In this document: positions 11,238 to 25,265 of the stretch, piece after piece
Numbering within the stretch: the stretch's first letter is position 1
Layout: every line of letters starts with the position of its first letter
Source: Octopus sinensis
Taxonomy: Eukaryota
Assembly: GCF_006345805.1 (NCBI RefSeq)
Contig: NC_043016.1
Coordinates: 5,146,001 to 5,210,000, forward strand
Reading direction: 5' to 3'
DNA: 64,000 bases
The notes under the pieces: model-generated
What the model saw: the letters and a program-made list of their open reading frames with translations, nothing else
Databases searched by the model: none
What the model was told of the DNA's origin: nothing
Made by a program: the position numbers and the translations under genes

Positions 11238-11476
11238 CTGTATTCAACGAGATGATCTTTGTGTAATTATGCACAGAATAAGAAAAGTTAAGCAACATAA
11301 AACAAAGAAATAATATTAAATTTTATTTTATTCTTTTTTTTTGACACCAGGCTTCATTACAGTTTCACAGTGCTGCAATAACTAACGAAGCATTGGAAGG
11401 TTGATGTAATCCACTAGTCCCCTCTTTCCAAAATTTCCCTGTACCTCATCCTGTTATCTATATTATTATTATTATT

Positions 11477-12020
11477 GAGTGAGAGAGCAGTGCATGCCAT
11501 CAAAGTGACACTGGGGTAAAATATACGAAGCCCAATATACGAAGCCCAATATACGCATCATGACTACCCGTCTGATAAAGGTACACCAGGCACATGCATC
11601 ACAACCATATGTGCGCGACATGGTGATCTCATATCAAGATAAACAGCACATGACCTTGCAGGTGGGGCCCAGTTAGAATTTTCTTCAGGTCGAGTAGCCC
11701 ATCCTGCTCAAAAGGTCCCTGAATAAGGGTTGCTTTAGGATGTTGAACGAAACACCCATGTTTCCGGAGGTGAATTATTCAAACCCCAAAGAATCTATGA
11801 TACTCCCCCACTACTTCTGCTCATGATCAGAGATGCACATATCGTCAGCCACTAAGGGACATGCTCAACTGGTTAAGGTCAAACAACTGACAAGCAAATC
11901 TGTGGTATTGAGCAGAATATTTGCTGTAGCCCATCTTTTATACCAAGACAAAACAATGTACATGATAACACTTCCAATTAGTTAAGATCAGAAGCCATGA
12001 GAGCCACTGCCTGGTACTGC
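11477..12020 (-). mobile_element. Non-coding (TAA)n-embedded element F, about 550 bp; other copies 18263-18746 (+), 38453-41583 (six, +), 44040-44085 (-), 44428-44800 (-)
   Basis: Fixed 3' end ...CACTGCTCTCTCACTC followed by (AAT)n, variable 5' truncation, no ORF. Confidence 0.85.
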
Positions 12021-12076
<56 letters not shown>

Positions 12077-12077
<1 letters not shown>

Positions 12078-13211
12078 TTTTTTTCTTCTTTCAAATTTGC
12101 TTCCATTTCTTGCCGAGTGTCTTCCCGACTCCTAGGGCAAAGAAACTCATAGTATACATTGGTAGGCCATTAAACCAAACTCAGTAGTTCGTTCATTTTT
12201 TTTTTTTTTTTAAATACATGAGCAGCAACAGTTCTCACATCGACAATGCTCTTCTCAATACGTGTGATGTACCAGTTAAGACAATCTTTTGCACTTCTTG
12301 CAGGGATGGTAAGACAGGGATCATTCTCATATAATTTTCGGTTCCCTCTTGATCATTCCTAGTGCTCCTACGATCACTGGTATTGTAACCGCCTTGAGAT
12401 GCCACATTTTCTCAATTTCAATGAGTAGGTCTTTATATTTTCTGAGCTTGTCAAACTCTTTCGCTGAGATATTATGATCACAGGGGATGCTCATGTCGAT
12501 CAATAAGCAAACTTTATTGTTTTGGTCTTTCACAACAATATCTGGTTTATTGGCCTTGATGGTTCGGTCTGTATGTACTGGAAAGTCCCACAGAATGGTT
12601 ACATTTTCTCCTTCAGTTACAGCCTCAGGGTGGTGATTATACCACTTGTCGGCAGTTTTGATATTGTAATGCCGACTTATTAGCCAGTGTAGATATTGGC
12701 CAACTCTGTCATGTCTTAATTTATACTCCACTGGTGCTAAGACTTACATCCAGAGATTAGGTGGTCCACTGTTTCAATTATGTCGTTGCAGAATCGGCAT
12801 TTTGGGTCTGCTCCATTTTTCATCACATTGGCCTGGTAGTTCCGGGTTAATAGGCTTTGATCTTCAGCAGCCAGGATGAAACCTTCGCTCTCTGCTTTTA
12901 GCCCTGAGCTCCGTAGCCACTGATGGGTTTGCTTCTGGTCAACATCAGCTTGTTTGCTGCGGGTCACATATTTGCCGTGCAGAGGTTTCTCCTCCCACCT
13001 ATCAGCCAATTGCTCGTGCGCTTTTTTCATTGCCATCATTTTCACCTTCTTTGCAACATAGTTGCCGTACTTTCCCTCGGGTTGTTCAGTTTGGGTATCC
13101 TGCACGAGATCAATAGCAAATTTTTTGCTTTCCTTTATGATAGAATGAAGCTTCTTTCGTCTCTCGTGATTTTCCACGAGTTTTAGCATCCAGTCATTCG
13201 ATATTTCGAGA

Positions 13212-13215
<4 letters not shown>
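12077..13215 (-). mobile_element. R4/Dong-like non-LTR retrotransposon 3' fragment, lineage A
   Basis: CCHC knuckle CRFC...HLISGC and restriction-like endonuclease KPDIVV...LIDMSIP...KLRKY (ORFs 12737-13189, 12327-12731); 3' UTR followed by (TAA)n. Confidence 0.92.
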
Positions 13216-13285
<70 letters not shown>

Positions 13286-13330
13286 TATTATTATTATTAT
13301 TAATATTATTAATTATTATTATTATTATTA

Positions 13331-13367
<37 letters not shown>

Positions 13368-13368
<1 letters not shown>

Positions 13369-14092
13369 TTCCTTCTTCAAATTTTCTTCCGTTTTCTCGC
13401 CGAGTGTTTTCCGTACACCTAGGGCAGAGAAGCTCATTGTAATGCATTCCCAGATTACACACGCAAATTCACAGGTAAAATATGTATTTAAAAATTAATA
13501 AATAATTCATGGATGGATGTTGTTTTCACAGCGATAATGCTCTTCTCGGTACATGAGCCGTTCCTGTTAACATGATTTTTTGCACTTCCTGTAGGGATGG
13601 TAAGCCTGGTGTCATTTTCAAATAGGTTTCAGTACCTTTTTTTTATCATTCCTAGAGATCCCACAATCACTGGTACTGTAGTCGCCTGATCTTTTATGAT
13701 AATATCTGGTTTATTATCTTTTATAGTTTTGTCGGTATGTAAGGGGAAGTCCCATAGGATCGACACATTTTCTCCCTCAGTCACAGCTTCAGGATGGTGT
13801 TTATACCATTTGTCAGCGGTTTTGATTTTATAATGCCGACATATTGCCCAGTGTAAATACTGGCCGACTCTGTCATGTCCTGCTTTATATTCTACATGTC
13901 CTAAGACTCTACACCCTGAGATTAGATGGTCTATTGTTTCAATCTCATCGTTACAGAATCGGCATTTAGGGTCAGCTCCATTTTTATCACATTGGCTTGG
14001 TAGTTCCGGGTTAATAAGCTTTGGTCTTGAGCAGCTAATATGAAACCTTCACTCTCTGCCTTCGTAACTATTGATGCGTTTGTTTCCGGTCG
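13368..14092 (-). mobile_element. R4/Dong-like 3' fragment, lineage B
   Basis: CCHC and endonuclease coding similar to lineage A but diverged, with a distinct 3' UTR; flanked by (TAA)n. Confidence 0.85.
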
Positions 14093-14117
14093 ATTATTAT
14101 TATTATTATTATTATTA

Positions 14118-14413
<296 letters not shown>

Positions 14414-14440
14414 TTATTATTATTATTATTATTATTATTA

Positions 14441-15110
14441 TGTGTTTGACTGGGATGTTGTTTAGATGTTTCTGATATCTCTTTTTATCATACCAAGGGC
14501 ATCTACAATACCTATTTCATTTGCATTGTTGCTGCTTTCATTTCGTCTACCATGAGATATTTGTGTCCTAATTTGATTAATTTCATCGTCAGTTAACCTG
14601 TTATTCTTAATGATATCTCTACGAACATTACTTTAAATATTTGCATCTATATATCCACGAACTTCATTGCTTACTAAGATTCTCCATGAAATATATGTTT
14701 GTAGTATGAAGCTATTGCTTGGGTTTCGTTGGGCTGTATAAAAAGCTTTCAATACATCTCTATAGGTCTCCAAAATCCATTTTAGGTGATGGTTTTGGTG
14801 GCGTCATTACAAGTCTAAGTTTTGGGTTATCTCGTTTCGGATTGTCTTTTTCAGAGTTTGTTCCAACAGCAGAATTTTGAGTCCAGTCTTTGTTCCCACT
14901 GGGTAACGCCGTCCTTGTTGTCTCGGGGGATGACAGATCCAGCATGAGTTTTAGCTTGACATTAAAACATTGAGGGTGACAACAGAAAACGAGTCTGTAT
15001 GTTTAGGGTTAACTTTTTGATCGGAAACCGCTTCCGCATTCTTCGAATGAATATATTTTTCATATTGTAGTGGCATGAGACTTATAGACTGAAATTCGCC
15101 TTTTCGGGGT
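14441..15110 (-). mobile_element. R4/Dong-like 5' UTR and N-terminal ORF remnant
   Basis: Frameshifted KWILETYRDVLKAFY...VRRDIIKNNRLTDDEINQIR resembles the N-terminal domain of R4-clade elements. Confidence 0.65.
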
Positions 15111-15322
15111 GGGGGTGGGGGTAGCCGTTTCCAGGAAATCTTGTTTATTGGTATGTGACAAATTTGTTCATTTTAATGTTCCTTCGTGACAAATCTCTTT
15201 GTTTTTGTTTCGGTATCGATAGTCACACGTCTTTTTCTCTTTCTCTGTGTGTATGTGTCTGTCGTATAGGCATTATTTATGTTGTGTACATGTAAGAATG
15301 TAAAGTTGCATGCATAGGTAAC

Positions 15323-15390
<68 letters not shown>

Positions 15391-15570
15391 TTGAAAAATA
15401 CCTTAAGAATGAGAACACAGGTTCCAAATATCCCCCAAGATACCTGGTGAAGGCTGGAGGGTCTATCAGCCGAAACGTTGTGTTAACAACAAACAAGATG
15501 AGGACAAATATCCGTCAAATGTAAATAATGTACATAATTCCTCATCTCTTAAATATAGAACTATATTATA
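15391..15570 (+). mobile_element. Penelope-like terminal repeat with mutated hammerhead (15440-15483)
   Basis: ATAC-CTGGTGA-A-GGCTG...CAGCC-GAAA-CG-TT-GTGT; core A6 replaced by G. Confidence 0.8.
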
Positions 15571-15876
15571 TTGCTTAGGTAATGAACATGCGAAGTTATT
15601 CAGGAAGTCAGTTAAAATAACGTTTCAAATAAATTTGGCTTTACTCTGGATAGCAGCAAATTTGCGATTTTTCAGAAGTAAAACAAAATTTGATTATATT
15701 ATTAGCAACCATATTATACTATCTTTATAAAATTTGCCATACACTACGAGACAAGTTTTCAAATGTACGTGTTCAACAAGTGGGGAATTATTCACAACAT
15801 ATATACAAATAAATACGAACAAGTTATTTTGTGTTTAATATTGCAGATTATTAATTTAAGAGAAAATTTTCCTTAC

Positions 15877-16001
15877 TAAGTCTATAATTTGCAAGGAACT
15901 TTGATACATCTGGGACACCACATCTTCTTCTCTGCATCGCTTTTTTTGTGCGATTGTCTAACTTTCCCGTTATTGGAATATTAGCAAATCTTTGAAAGTC
16001 T
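15877..16001 (-). CDS. MMP exon 3: propeptide with cysteine switch (DFQRFANIPITGKLDNRTKKAMQRRRCGVPDVSKFLANYRL)
   Basis: FQxF...TGxLD..T...M..xRCGVPD MMP signature; CAG| acceptor, |GTAAGG donor; 125 nt, phase 2 to 1. Confidence 0.95.
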
Positions 16002-16189
16002 CTGTCGTTGTTGAAAATATAAAATACAGGTTAATCCAACATTAATAAAAAATGTATGACATAATTATTTGTAATTAATGTACTCAAGTGTGTACATGCA
16101 TGAATATCTACATACCTACATACACACACACATACGAGTTATCTAGTAGATCGTCTATTGCAGAGTTTGTTCCAATAGGAAAATTTGAT

Positions 16190-17885
16190 CTTAAACATAA
16201 CCCTACATCTAGCCCTAACCCTACCTCTAACCCTGACCCTAACACTAACCCAAACCCCTAACCCTAATCCCTAAACCTAACACTAAAACCCTAACCCTAA
16301 ACTCTTACCGTAACCCTGAACCCTAACACCTAATACTAAACCCTAATTCTAAGACTAAACCTAAAGCTAACCCTAAGCTCTAACCCTAAACCTAAACACT
16401 AACCCTAACACTAACGCTAACCCTAACACTAACGCTAACCATAACACCAACCCAAACCCCTAACCTTAATCCATAACCCTAACACTAAAACACTAACACT
16501 AACCCTAAACCCTAACGTAACCCTGAACCCTAACCCCTAGCACAAAACCTAACGCTAACCTTAAGCCCTAACCCTAACCCTAACCACTAACCATAAACCC
16601 TAACACTAAACCTAAACCCTAAAACCATAACCCTAACCCTATCCCTAACCCTAACACTAACCCTCACACGAACCCTAACCCTAACCCTAATCTTAAACCC
16701 TAACCCTAACCCCTAACCCTAACCCCTAACCCTAAACACTAACCTTAACTCTAACCCAAACCGCTAACCATAATTACTAATCTCTAGCACTAAAACCCTA
16801 ACCCTCAACCCTAATACCGAACAATAAACCCTATTCCTAACACTAAACCTAACGCTAATCCTAAGCCCTAAACTAACCCTAAAACCTAACCCTAACACTA
16901 ACTCTAACCCTAAAACCGAAACCTAGTCCTAACCTTAACCCTAAGCCTAAACCCTAAACTTAACCCTAACACAAAACCCCCTAATTCTAAAAGTTATTCC
17001 TAACACTAAACCGAACGCTAACCCTAAGCCCTAAACTAACCCTAAAAAAAGACTAACCCTAATTTTACACCCTAAAGTAACCCTAACCCTAACACTAACC
17101 CTAACACTAACTCTAACCCTAAAACCGAAACCTAGTCCTAACCTTAACCCTAACCCTAACACTAACCCTAAACCCTAACCCTAACCCTCAACCCTAACAC
17201 CTAACAATAAACCCTAATCCTAACACTAAACCTAACGCTAATCCTAAGCCATAACTAACCCTAAAACCTAACCCTAACACTAACTCTAACCCTAAAACCG
17301 AAACCTAGTCCTAGCCTTAACCCTAAGCCTAAACCCTAAACTTAACCCTAACACAAAACCCCCTAATTCTAAAAGTTATTCCTAACACTAAACCGAACGC
17401 TAACCCTAAGCCCTAAACTAACCCTAAAAAAAGACTAACCCTAATTTTACACCCTAAAGTAACCCTAACCCTAAACACTAACCCTAACTCTAACCCAAAC
17501 CGCTAACCCTAATCCCTAACCCCTAACGCTAAAACCTTAACCCTATAACCTAACCCTAACCCTCAACCCTAACACCTAACAATAAACCCTAATTCTAACA
17601 CTAAACCTAACGCTAATCCTAAGCCCTAAACTAACCCTAAAACCTAACTCTAACACTAACTCTAACCCTAAAACCGAAACCTAGTCCTAGCCTTAACCCT
17701 AACACAAAACACCCTAATTCTAAAAGTTAACCCTAAACCCTAAACCCTAACCCTAAACACAAAACCCCCTAATTCTAAAAGCTAACCCTAAACCCTAACA
17801 CTAAACACTAACTCTAAACCCTAACCCTAAACCCTAAACCAAACCCTAACCCCAAACCCTAACCCTAACGCTAAATCCTAACCCT
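16190..17885 (-). repeat. Degenerate interstitial telomere-like tract ((CCCTAA)n on plus) with about 380-bp higher-order repeats
   Basis: Directly visible; block AAAACCGAAACCTAGTCCT recurs at about 16912, 17121, 17294 and 17671. Confidence 0.95.
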
Positions 17886-17894
17886 TTACATAAA

Positions 17895-18060
17895 AAACAT
17901 AGACGAAGACGGGTGTGTAAACAACAAACAGATGTATTAGTTTAACGCTCAGGAAGTTAGGAAGTCTTTTACGTTTCAAGCCTACGCTCTTCACAGAAAG
18001 GAACGCAAAAATAAGCAGAGAGAGAAAATAAAAAAGGTTTTGTGGCTAGCTATCAAACAT
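17895..18060 (-). mobile_element. Second copy of the 5825-5975 repeat with an inactivated hammerhead (17966-18000)
   Basis: CTTT-CTG-TGA-A-GAGC(GTAG)GCTT-GAAA-CG-TA-AAAG; core A deleted. Confidence 0.8.
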
Positions 18061-18065
18061 GGCGA

Positions 18066-18231
<166 letters not shown>

Positions 18232-18746
18232 TTATGTACCTACCTAGTTGGAATTTACAAAATATGTTTTGTCTTCCTATTAAAAGATGGGCTACAGTAA
18301 ATATTCTGCTCAAAACCACAGATTTGCTTGTTGGTTGTTTGACCTTAACCAGTTGAGCATGTACTATGGTCGCTGACGATATGTGCATCTCTGATCACGA
18401 GCAGAAGTAGTGGGGGAGCATCATAACCATGTGTTGAGAGGGATTCTTTGGGGTTTGGATAATTCACCTCTGGAAACATTGGTGTTTCGTTCAACATCCT
18501 TAAACAATCCTTATTCAGGGATCTTTTGAGCGGGATGGGTTACTCGACCAGCAGAAGATTCTAACTGGGCCGCACCTGCAAGGTCATGCGATGTTTATCT
18601 TGATATGAGATCACTATGTCACGCACATATGGTTGTGATGCATGTGCCTGGTGTACCCTTATCAGATGGGTAGTCACGATGGGTATACTGGGTTTCGTAT
18701 ATTTTACCCCGGTGTCACTTTGATGGCATGCACTGCTCTCTCACAC

Positions 18747-18777
<31 letters not shown>

Positions 18778-18808
18778 TAATATAATAATAATAATAATAA
18801 TAATAATG

Positions 18809-18855
<47 letters not shown>

Positions 18856-18955
18856 CAATGATAACAATAATAATAATAATAATCATACTACTACTACTAC
18901 TAATAATAATAATAATAATGATAATATAACAATGATAATAATAATAATAATCATA

Positions 18956-18987
<32 letters not shown>

Positions 18988-18989
18988 AC

Positions 18990-19024
<35 letters not shown>

Positions 19025-19090
19025 GAAATAATAATAATAAATAATAATAAAATAATCATAATATAATATAATAATAATAATCATACTACT

Positions 19091-19130
<40 letters not shown>

Positions 19131-19257
19131 CATACTAATAATAATAATCATAATAATAATCATAATAATAATAATAATCATACTAATAATAATAATATAT
19201 AATAATAATAATAATATAATAATAATAATAAATAATAATATAATAATAATAATAATC

Positions 19258-19305
<48 letters not shown>

Positions 19306-19660
19306 GATATAGTATGCTCAGCTGACAACAAGGTATGCGATAAGGAAGAAAGAAAAGCCGAAAGATATGACAGGTTAGCTTGGGACATTAAGCAGCTGTA
19401 GTCGATGAAGAAGGTAGCAGTAGTAGCAATTGTCGGAGCCCTGGGAAGAGTGAGCAAGAATCTTGAGAAGTTCATGGAAGAAATAGGGACTGCAATAAGT
19501 GTGGAGCACTTGCAGAAAACAACACTGCTTAGAACCGCTCGGATACAACGGAAGTTGCTCGAAAAATAAGAAGTGTTACCTTAGTTCACTCGTAGTCAAC
19601 AGCTGACACTGGAGTACATCTCCAGCGTTAGAAAGTGTGCAAAGGCAAAGATGATAGTAA
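19306..19660 (+). mobile_element. R4/Dong-like 3' end, lineage E; second copy 21910-22050
   Basis: Encodes ...IVGALGRVSKNLEKF...VEHLQKT.LL.T.RI.RK; distinct 3' UTR, (AAT)n flanks. Confidence 0.8.
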
Positions 19661-19668
19661 TGATGATG

Positions 19669-19762
<94 letters not shown>

Positions 19763-19786
19763 TATGATAATAATAATAATAAAAAG

Positions 19787-19857
<71 letters not shown>

Positions 19858-19867
19858 TAATAATAAT

Positions 19868-20978
19868 AAAGCTGGAAAACTACTATAAAATAACCACCGT
19901 AGGACTGCAAAAATATCTACTTCAGAAGGAAGGAAAACTGATCCAGATAGCGGCAAAACACGAGCAAACAAAAAACTGTTCTCAGTATTTAAGGAAGCTG
20001 ACAAATACAAACAAGAAATCATACCACCTAATGAACATGAAGAAGAAGAAGAAGAAGATGAAGAAACAACAAAAGCTATAAAACAAATGAAATCCAAACT
20101 AAAAATAGAACAGCAACGAACCATGATAAAACGATGGCAAGAAAAGCCCCTTCATGGTAAATATACTGGACTAAACTAAACGCAAAGAAATGACAAAGAA
20201 AAATCCCAGCAATGGTGAGAAGCTCATGACTCAAAGCAGAAACAGAGGGATTTTTAATTGCAGCAGCACAGACCAAGCCTCCCCACCAGAAATTACCAAA
20301 ACATGTAATGAAAAATATTACAAGTAACTGCAGATATGTGGAGATGGACAAGAAACAATAAATCATATTATCTCTAGCTGCCCAGTCCTGGCTAAGAAGA
20401 ATATATTCACAGACATGACAGAGTTGGAACCTACATACATTGGAAGCTATGCCAACATTATGGAATAACAACAGAAAAGATGGTATAGGCACACACCAGA
20501 AAAGGTCACAGAAAACGAGAAAGCAACCATACTCTGGGATATGCCGATACACACAGATAGAGAAATTAAGGCCAACACCAGATATAGTTGTCAGAGATCA
20601 TGAAGAAAAAAATGCTTTCTAATTGATGTATCAATACCGGCAGATGACAACGTGTCTCTAAGAAATGGAGAAACTCTCAAAACCAAGACCTGGAAATAGA
20701 GGTAACTAGAATGTGGAATCTGAAAACAGAAACATTCCTATCATAGTAGGTGCATTAGGCATGATAAAAAAATATTCAGACAAATACATAACAAAAACAC
20801 CAGGACTTACAAACACATATAACATACAGAAAATTGCACTACTGGGCACTGCACACATCCTACGCAGAACACTTTCCATACAATAACCATCAGCATCACA
20901 ACAAATCACAGCACATACCCAAGGCACACAGAGCTGCGCTCGGTAGTGAAGTGAAAGCACGCTATAAAAATAAAACTA

Positions 20979-20983
<5 letters not shown>
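19868..20983 (+). mobile_element. R4/Dong-like 3' fragment, lineage C; stubs at 32420-32543 and 43890-44020
   Basis: Frameshifted CCHC and RPDIVV..IDVSIP endonuclease; 3' UTR ...AAAACTACTGAA followed by (TAA)n. Confidence 0.88.
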
Positions 20984-21030
<47 letters not shown>

Positions 21031-21032
<2 letters not shown>

Positions 21033-21475
21033 TTCACCGTTCAAACTGACAGAAAGATAGATGCAAATAGGCCAGACATCATATTGAAAGACTTCAGACA
21101 AAGAACATGCCTCCTCATTGATATAACTGTCCCAATCGATATAAACGTATCTGTCAAGACCTACCAAAAACTGAGCTAATATAAAGATCTTAAAATAGAA
21201 ATCAGCAAAGATACCAGGAAACCCCAAAATGACAGAAATTCAAAAGATAGTGCTCATGGGAACTACTCATATCCTACGCAAAATACTCTCTATGTAATCC
21301 CAAGGTTTAAAACAAACTCTTTTTTTTTCTAAATTTATATTAGACATTCATGAGTACAACACAAAAAAAACCCAAATATATGGCACACTAGGCATAACAA
21401 CGTGAACTTCCAACCTGTTGTCTCTTGAGGTCTCTGGGTGAGAGACATGTACAGACATAAAGCAAAAGTCAATAA
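21031..21475 (+). mobile_element. R4/Dong-like 3' fragment, lineage D-like
   Basis: DFTVQTDRKIDANRPDIILKDFRQRTCLLIDITVPID followed by a D-type 3' UTR and (AAT)n. Confidence 0.8.
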
Positions 21476-21527
21476 TAAATAATAATAATAATAATGAAAT
21501 AATAATAATAATAATAATATAATAATG

Positions 21528-21558
<31 letters not shown>

Positions 21559-21798
21559 TAATAATAATAAATATATTTCTTTATTGCCCACAAGGAGCTA
21601 AACATAGAGGAGACAAACAAGGACAGACGAACGGATTAAGTAGATTCTATCAACCCCAGTACGTAACTGGTACTTAATTTATCGACCCTGAAAAGATGAA
21701 AGGCAAAGTCGACCTCGGCGGAATTTGAACTCAGAGCGTAAAGGGCAGACGAAATACGGCTACGCATTTCGCCCGGCGTGCTAACATTCTGCCAGCTC

Positions 21799-21842
<44 letters not shown>

Positions 21843-21862
21843 TGATGATGATGATGATGATG

Positions 21863-21909
<47 letters not shown>

Positions 21910-22799
21910 TGTCGGAGGCCTGGGATCAGTGAGCAAAAATCTCGAGAAGTACGTGGAACAAATAGGGGCTGCAATAAGGGTGGAGCACTTGCAGAAAACA
22001 GCACTGCTTGGAACCACTAGAATACTCCGGAAGGTGCTCGGAAAATAGGAGGTTAGTGTTAGGATTAACTTATTTCATTTATATTTTCTTTGTACATATT
22101 TCGCAATTACCCGTCATCTAAAACTTAAGGGGCATTTATAATTTTTGCATATTCGCAATTATTTCCCGACATCTAAAACGTAAGGATCCGAAAAATTACT
22201 TTATTAGAACAAAGTACATTTTTCAAGGTGAGTAGCGAAATTGCATTTAGCCCCTTATCAACTTTTTCAGGGTGGACAACGAGGAGAGCTGTACTCGAGG
22301 GAGTTCATCAAACGGTGAGTGAAAGGTGCGAAAATGGCATGAGTGGTGAGTACCACTCGAGGAGCTGACCCTGCGAGTCGGATGAAAGTAGGAGTTGGAA
22401 AGGGCACTTATCTCCTGCGCCTATATATATATATATATATATATACGATGGGCTTCTTTCAGTTTCACTCACAAGGCACTTGTCCAAGGTGCCATGCATT
22501 GGGAACCCGGAACCATGTTGTTTGTTAAGTAAGCTACTTACCACACAGCCATCCCTGCGCCTATATTTATACATACATACATATATTATAATATATATAT
22601 ATTATATTATATATATATATATATATATAATATATATACATATTAGGCACTTGTCTTTGCCTTGCATCCTTTTCGGCGTGGGGGGGGGGGTGCCGAAAAA
22701 TTAAGTACTAGTTACAGGTGGGGATTGGGTAAGCTACTAGAGCAGAAAACATTATTATCATCATCATCACGTAATCGTCGTCATCATCATCATCATCAA

Positions 22800-22870
<71 letters not shown>

Positions 22871-24530
22871 GTATGTTTGACTTTTGCTTGACTTTTGTAC
22901 AAGTTGCCTCCAAGTCTCACCCAGAGACCTCAAGTGACAACAGGTTGGAAGTTCATGTTGGTGTTATGCCGAGGGTGTCATATATTTGGTTTTGTACTAA
23001 GTGTTGTTCTAGAGAATGTTTAAGAAACCATAAGAAAATTATGTTTGTTTTAAAACTTGAGATTACATAGAAAGTATTTTGCGTAGGATACGAGCAGTTC
23101 CCATGAGCACTATCTTTTGAATTTCTGCCATTTGGGAGATTTTCTGGAATCTGAGTGAGGTAGCAATCAGCTCCTTTTGCTATCATTCAGAGGGCACCTA
23201 TGACAACAGGTATTGTTTTAGTCTTCAGGTTCGACATTTTGCTGACTTCTATTTCCAGATCTTTATATTTGCTCAGTTTCTGGTAGGTCTTGACAGATAC
23301 CTTTATATCGATTACGACAGTCATATCAATGAGGAGGCATGATTTTTGTCTGAAGTCTTTTACTATGATGTCTGGCCTATTCGCGTCTATCTTTCTGTCA
23401 GTTTGAATGGTGAAGTTCCAGAGGAGTTAGATGTGATCACTTTCAAGCACTGGAGGTGGTTTTTATTTCTCACCAGTTTTTATCATGGAGTAAGTCCAGG
23501 CTTCTGCAAGTTACCCAGTGAATATATTGTGCAGCTCTGTCATGCCTGTTGAGATACTCTGTAGGCGCAAGAAGACTGCACTTGGAGACAACATGATAAA
23601 TGGTTTTATTTTGTTGTTGACATACATGACATGTTGGGAAGCTGCCGTTTTTTAATATGTTGGCCTGGCAGTTCCTTGTAGGTAGGCATTGATTTTGAGC
23701 TGCTATGATAAAACCTTCTGTTTCAGATTTTAAGCCAGAGACCATTAGCCATGGATGGGTCAGGGTTTTGTCAACATCTGCATTATTCGCTCTCTTTGGG
23801 TATTTGCCATTGAGAGGTTTTTCTTTCCATTTATCATTCAGAATATCTAAGGCAGCAGTTTTAGCACGGGTTTTCATGCGCTTATCTTTTTCTGTGCTTG
23901 TTTCTTGTATGTCTAATTCCGAAATTTGTTGTATTTGGAATTCACTTAGATATTCCTTTGCCTGTTTTGTTACTGAGTAATGATGCTTTCTTGTTTTCAT
24001 GTTTTGAGACAAGTTTTAACGTCCAGTCCTCAGAGTTTTTCAGGTAGGTGTCTAGGCCACCCACTATTCCTGGCAGATAAAGTCGTTCTATATTTGCCTT
24101 AGGGTGGTGCATTCTATGCATTGTCAACAGTTTTTATATTTTTCTGCCAAGATTATATATTTCAGTAATTGACCAGTTAACGATATTGAAACTGTAAGTC
24201 ACAACTGGTATGGCTAAAGTATTGATCGCTTCGATCTTGTTTCTCGCATTCAGCTCTGTCTTGAATATAACATTCTCTACTGATACTTTCCTTCATTTCT
24301 GGATGCCTTATTCCGTCCCCTTCAATTACCCCTAGGTACTTGTAGCTGTGCGCTGGGTCTAACTCATTTATGACATTCTGCTGGTCAAGGTAAACGTTAG
24401 ATGTTTCTGTCATTTTTCCTTTGATAAAGGTAGCTTTTGCACATTTATCGAGGCCAAATTGCATTCTGATGTCATCACTGAATTGTTTAACAATCGCTAT
24501 AAAGCCCTTTTCATACATCGCTATGCGGGA
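22871..24530 (-). mobile_element. R4/Dong-like fragment, lineage D (RT thumb to 3' UTR)
   Basis: ORFs 24177-24518 (FGLDKC...YKYLG), 23942-24127 and 23470-24012 (CHVC...HVVSKC); (ATT)n on plus at both ends. Confidence 0.9.
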
Positions 24531-24548
24531 AGCTTATTATTATTATTA

Positions 24549-24606
<58 letters not shown>

Positions 24607-24607
<1 letters not shown>

Positions 24608-25265
24608 TTTTTTTTTCTTCTTTCAAATTTGCTTCCATTTCTTGCCGAGTGTCTTCCCGACTCCTAGGGCAAAGAAACTCATAGTATACATTGGTAGGCC
24701 ATTAAACCAACTCAGTAGTTCGTTCATTTTTTTTTTTTTTTTAAATACATTAGCAGCAACAGTTCTCACATCGACAATGCTCTTCTCAATAGTGTGATGT
24801 ACCAGTTAAGACAATCTTTTGCACTTCTTGCAGGGATGGTAAGCCAGGGATCATTCTCATATAATTTTCGGTTCCCTTCTTGATCATTCCTAGTGCTCCT
24901 ACGATCACTGGTATTGTAACCGCCTTGAGATGCCACATTTTCTCAATTTCAATGAGTAGGTCTTTATATTTTCTGAGCTTGTCAAACTCTTTCGCTGAGA
25001 TATTATGATCACAGGGGATGCTCATGTCGATCAATAAGCAAACTTTATTGTTTTGGTCTTTCACAACAATATCTGGTTTATTGGCCTTGATGGTTCGGTC
25101 TGTAATGTACTGGAAAGTCCCACAGAATGGTTACATTTTCTCCTTCGGTTACATAGTTACAGCCTCAGGGTGTGATTATACCACTTGTCGGCGTTTTGAT
25201 ATTGTAATGCCGACTTATTAGCCAGTGTAGATATTGGCCAACTCTGTCATGTCTAATTATACTCA
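24607..25265 (-). mobile_element. R4/Dong-like 3' fragment, lineage A (second copy)
   Basis: Nearly identical to 12077-12730; ORF 24786-25064. Confidence 0.92.

Noticed and set aside
15060-15150. HDV-like ribozyme at the 5' end of the Dong fragment (GGCGAA motif), and likewise in family E at about 5430-5490
   Set aside because: I could not assemble the P1, P3 and P1.1 pairings by eye; needs an RNArobo or Infernal search.
15173-15260. RKRKRR...KTKRFV peptide resembling an MMP furin-site exon
   Set aside because: Exon 3 joins exon 4 in phase without it, and I found no suitable splice sites.
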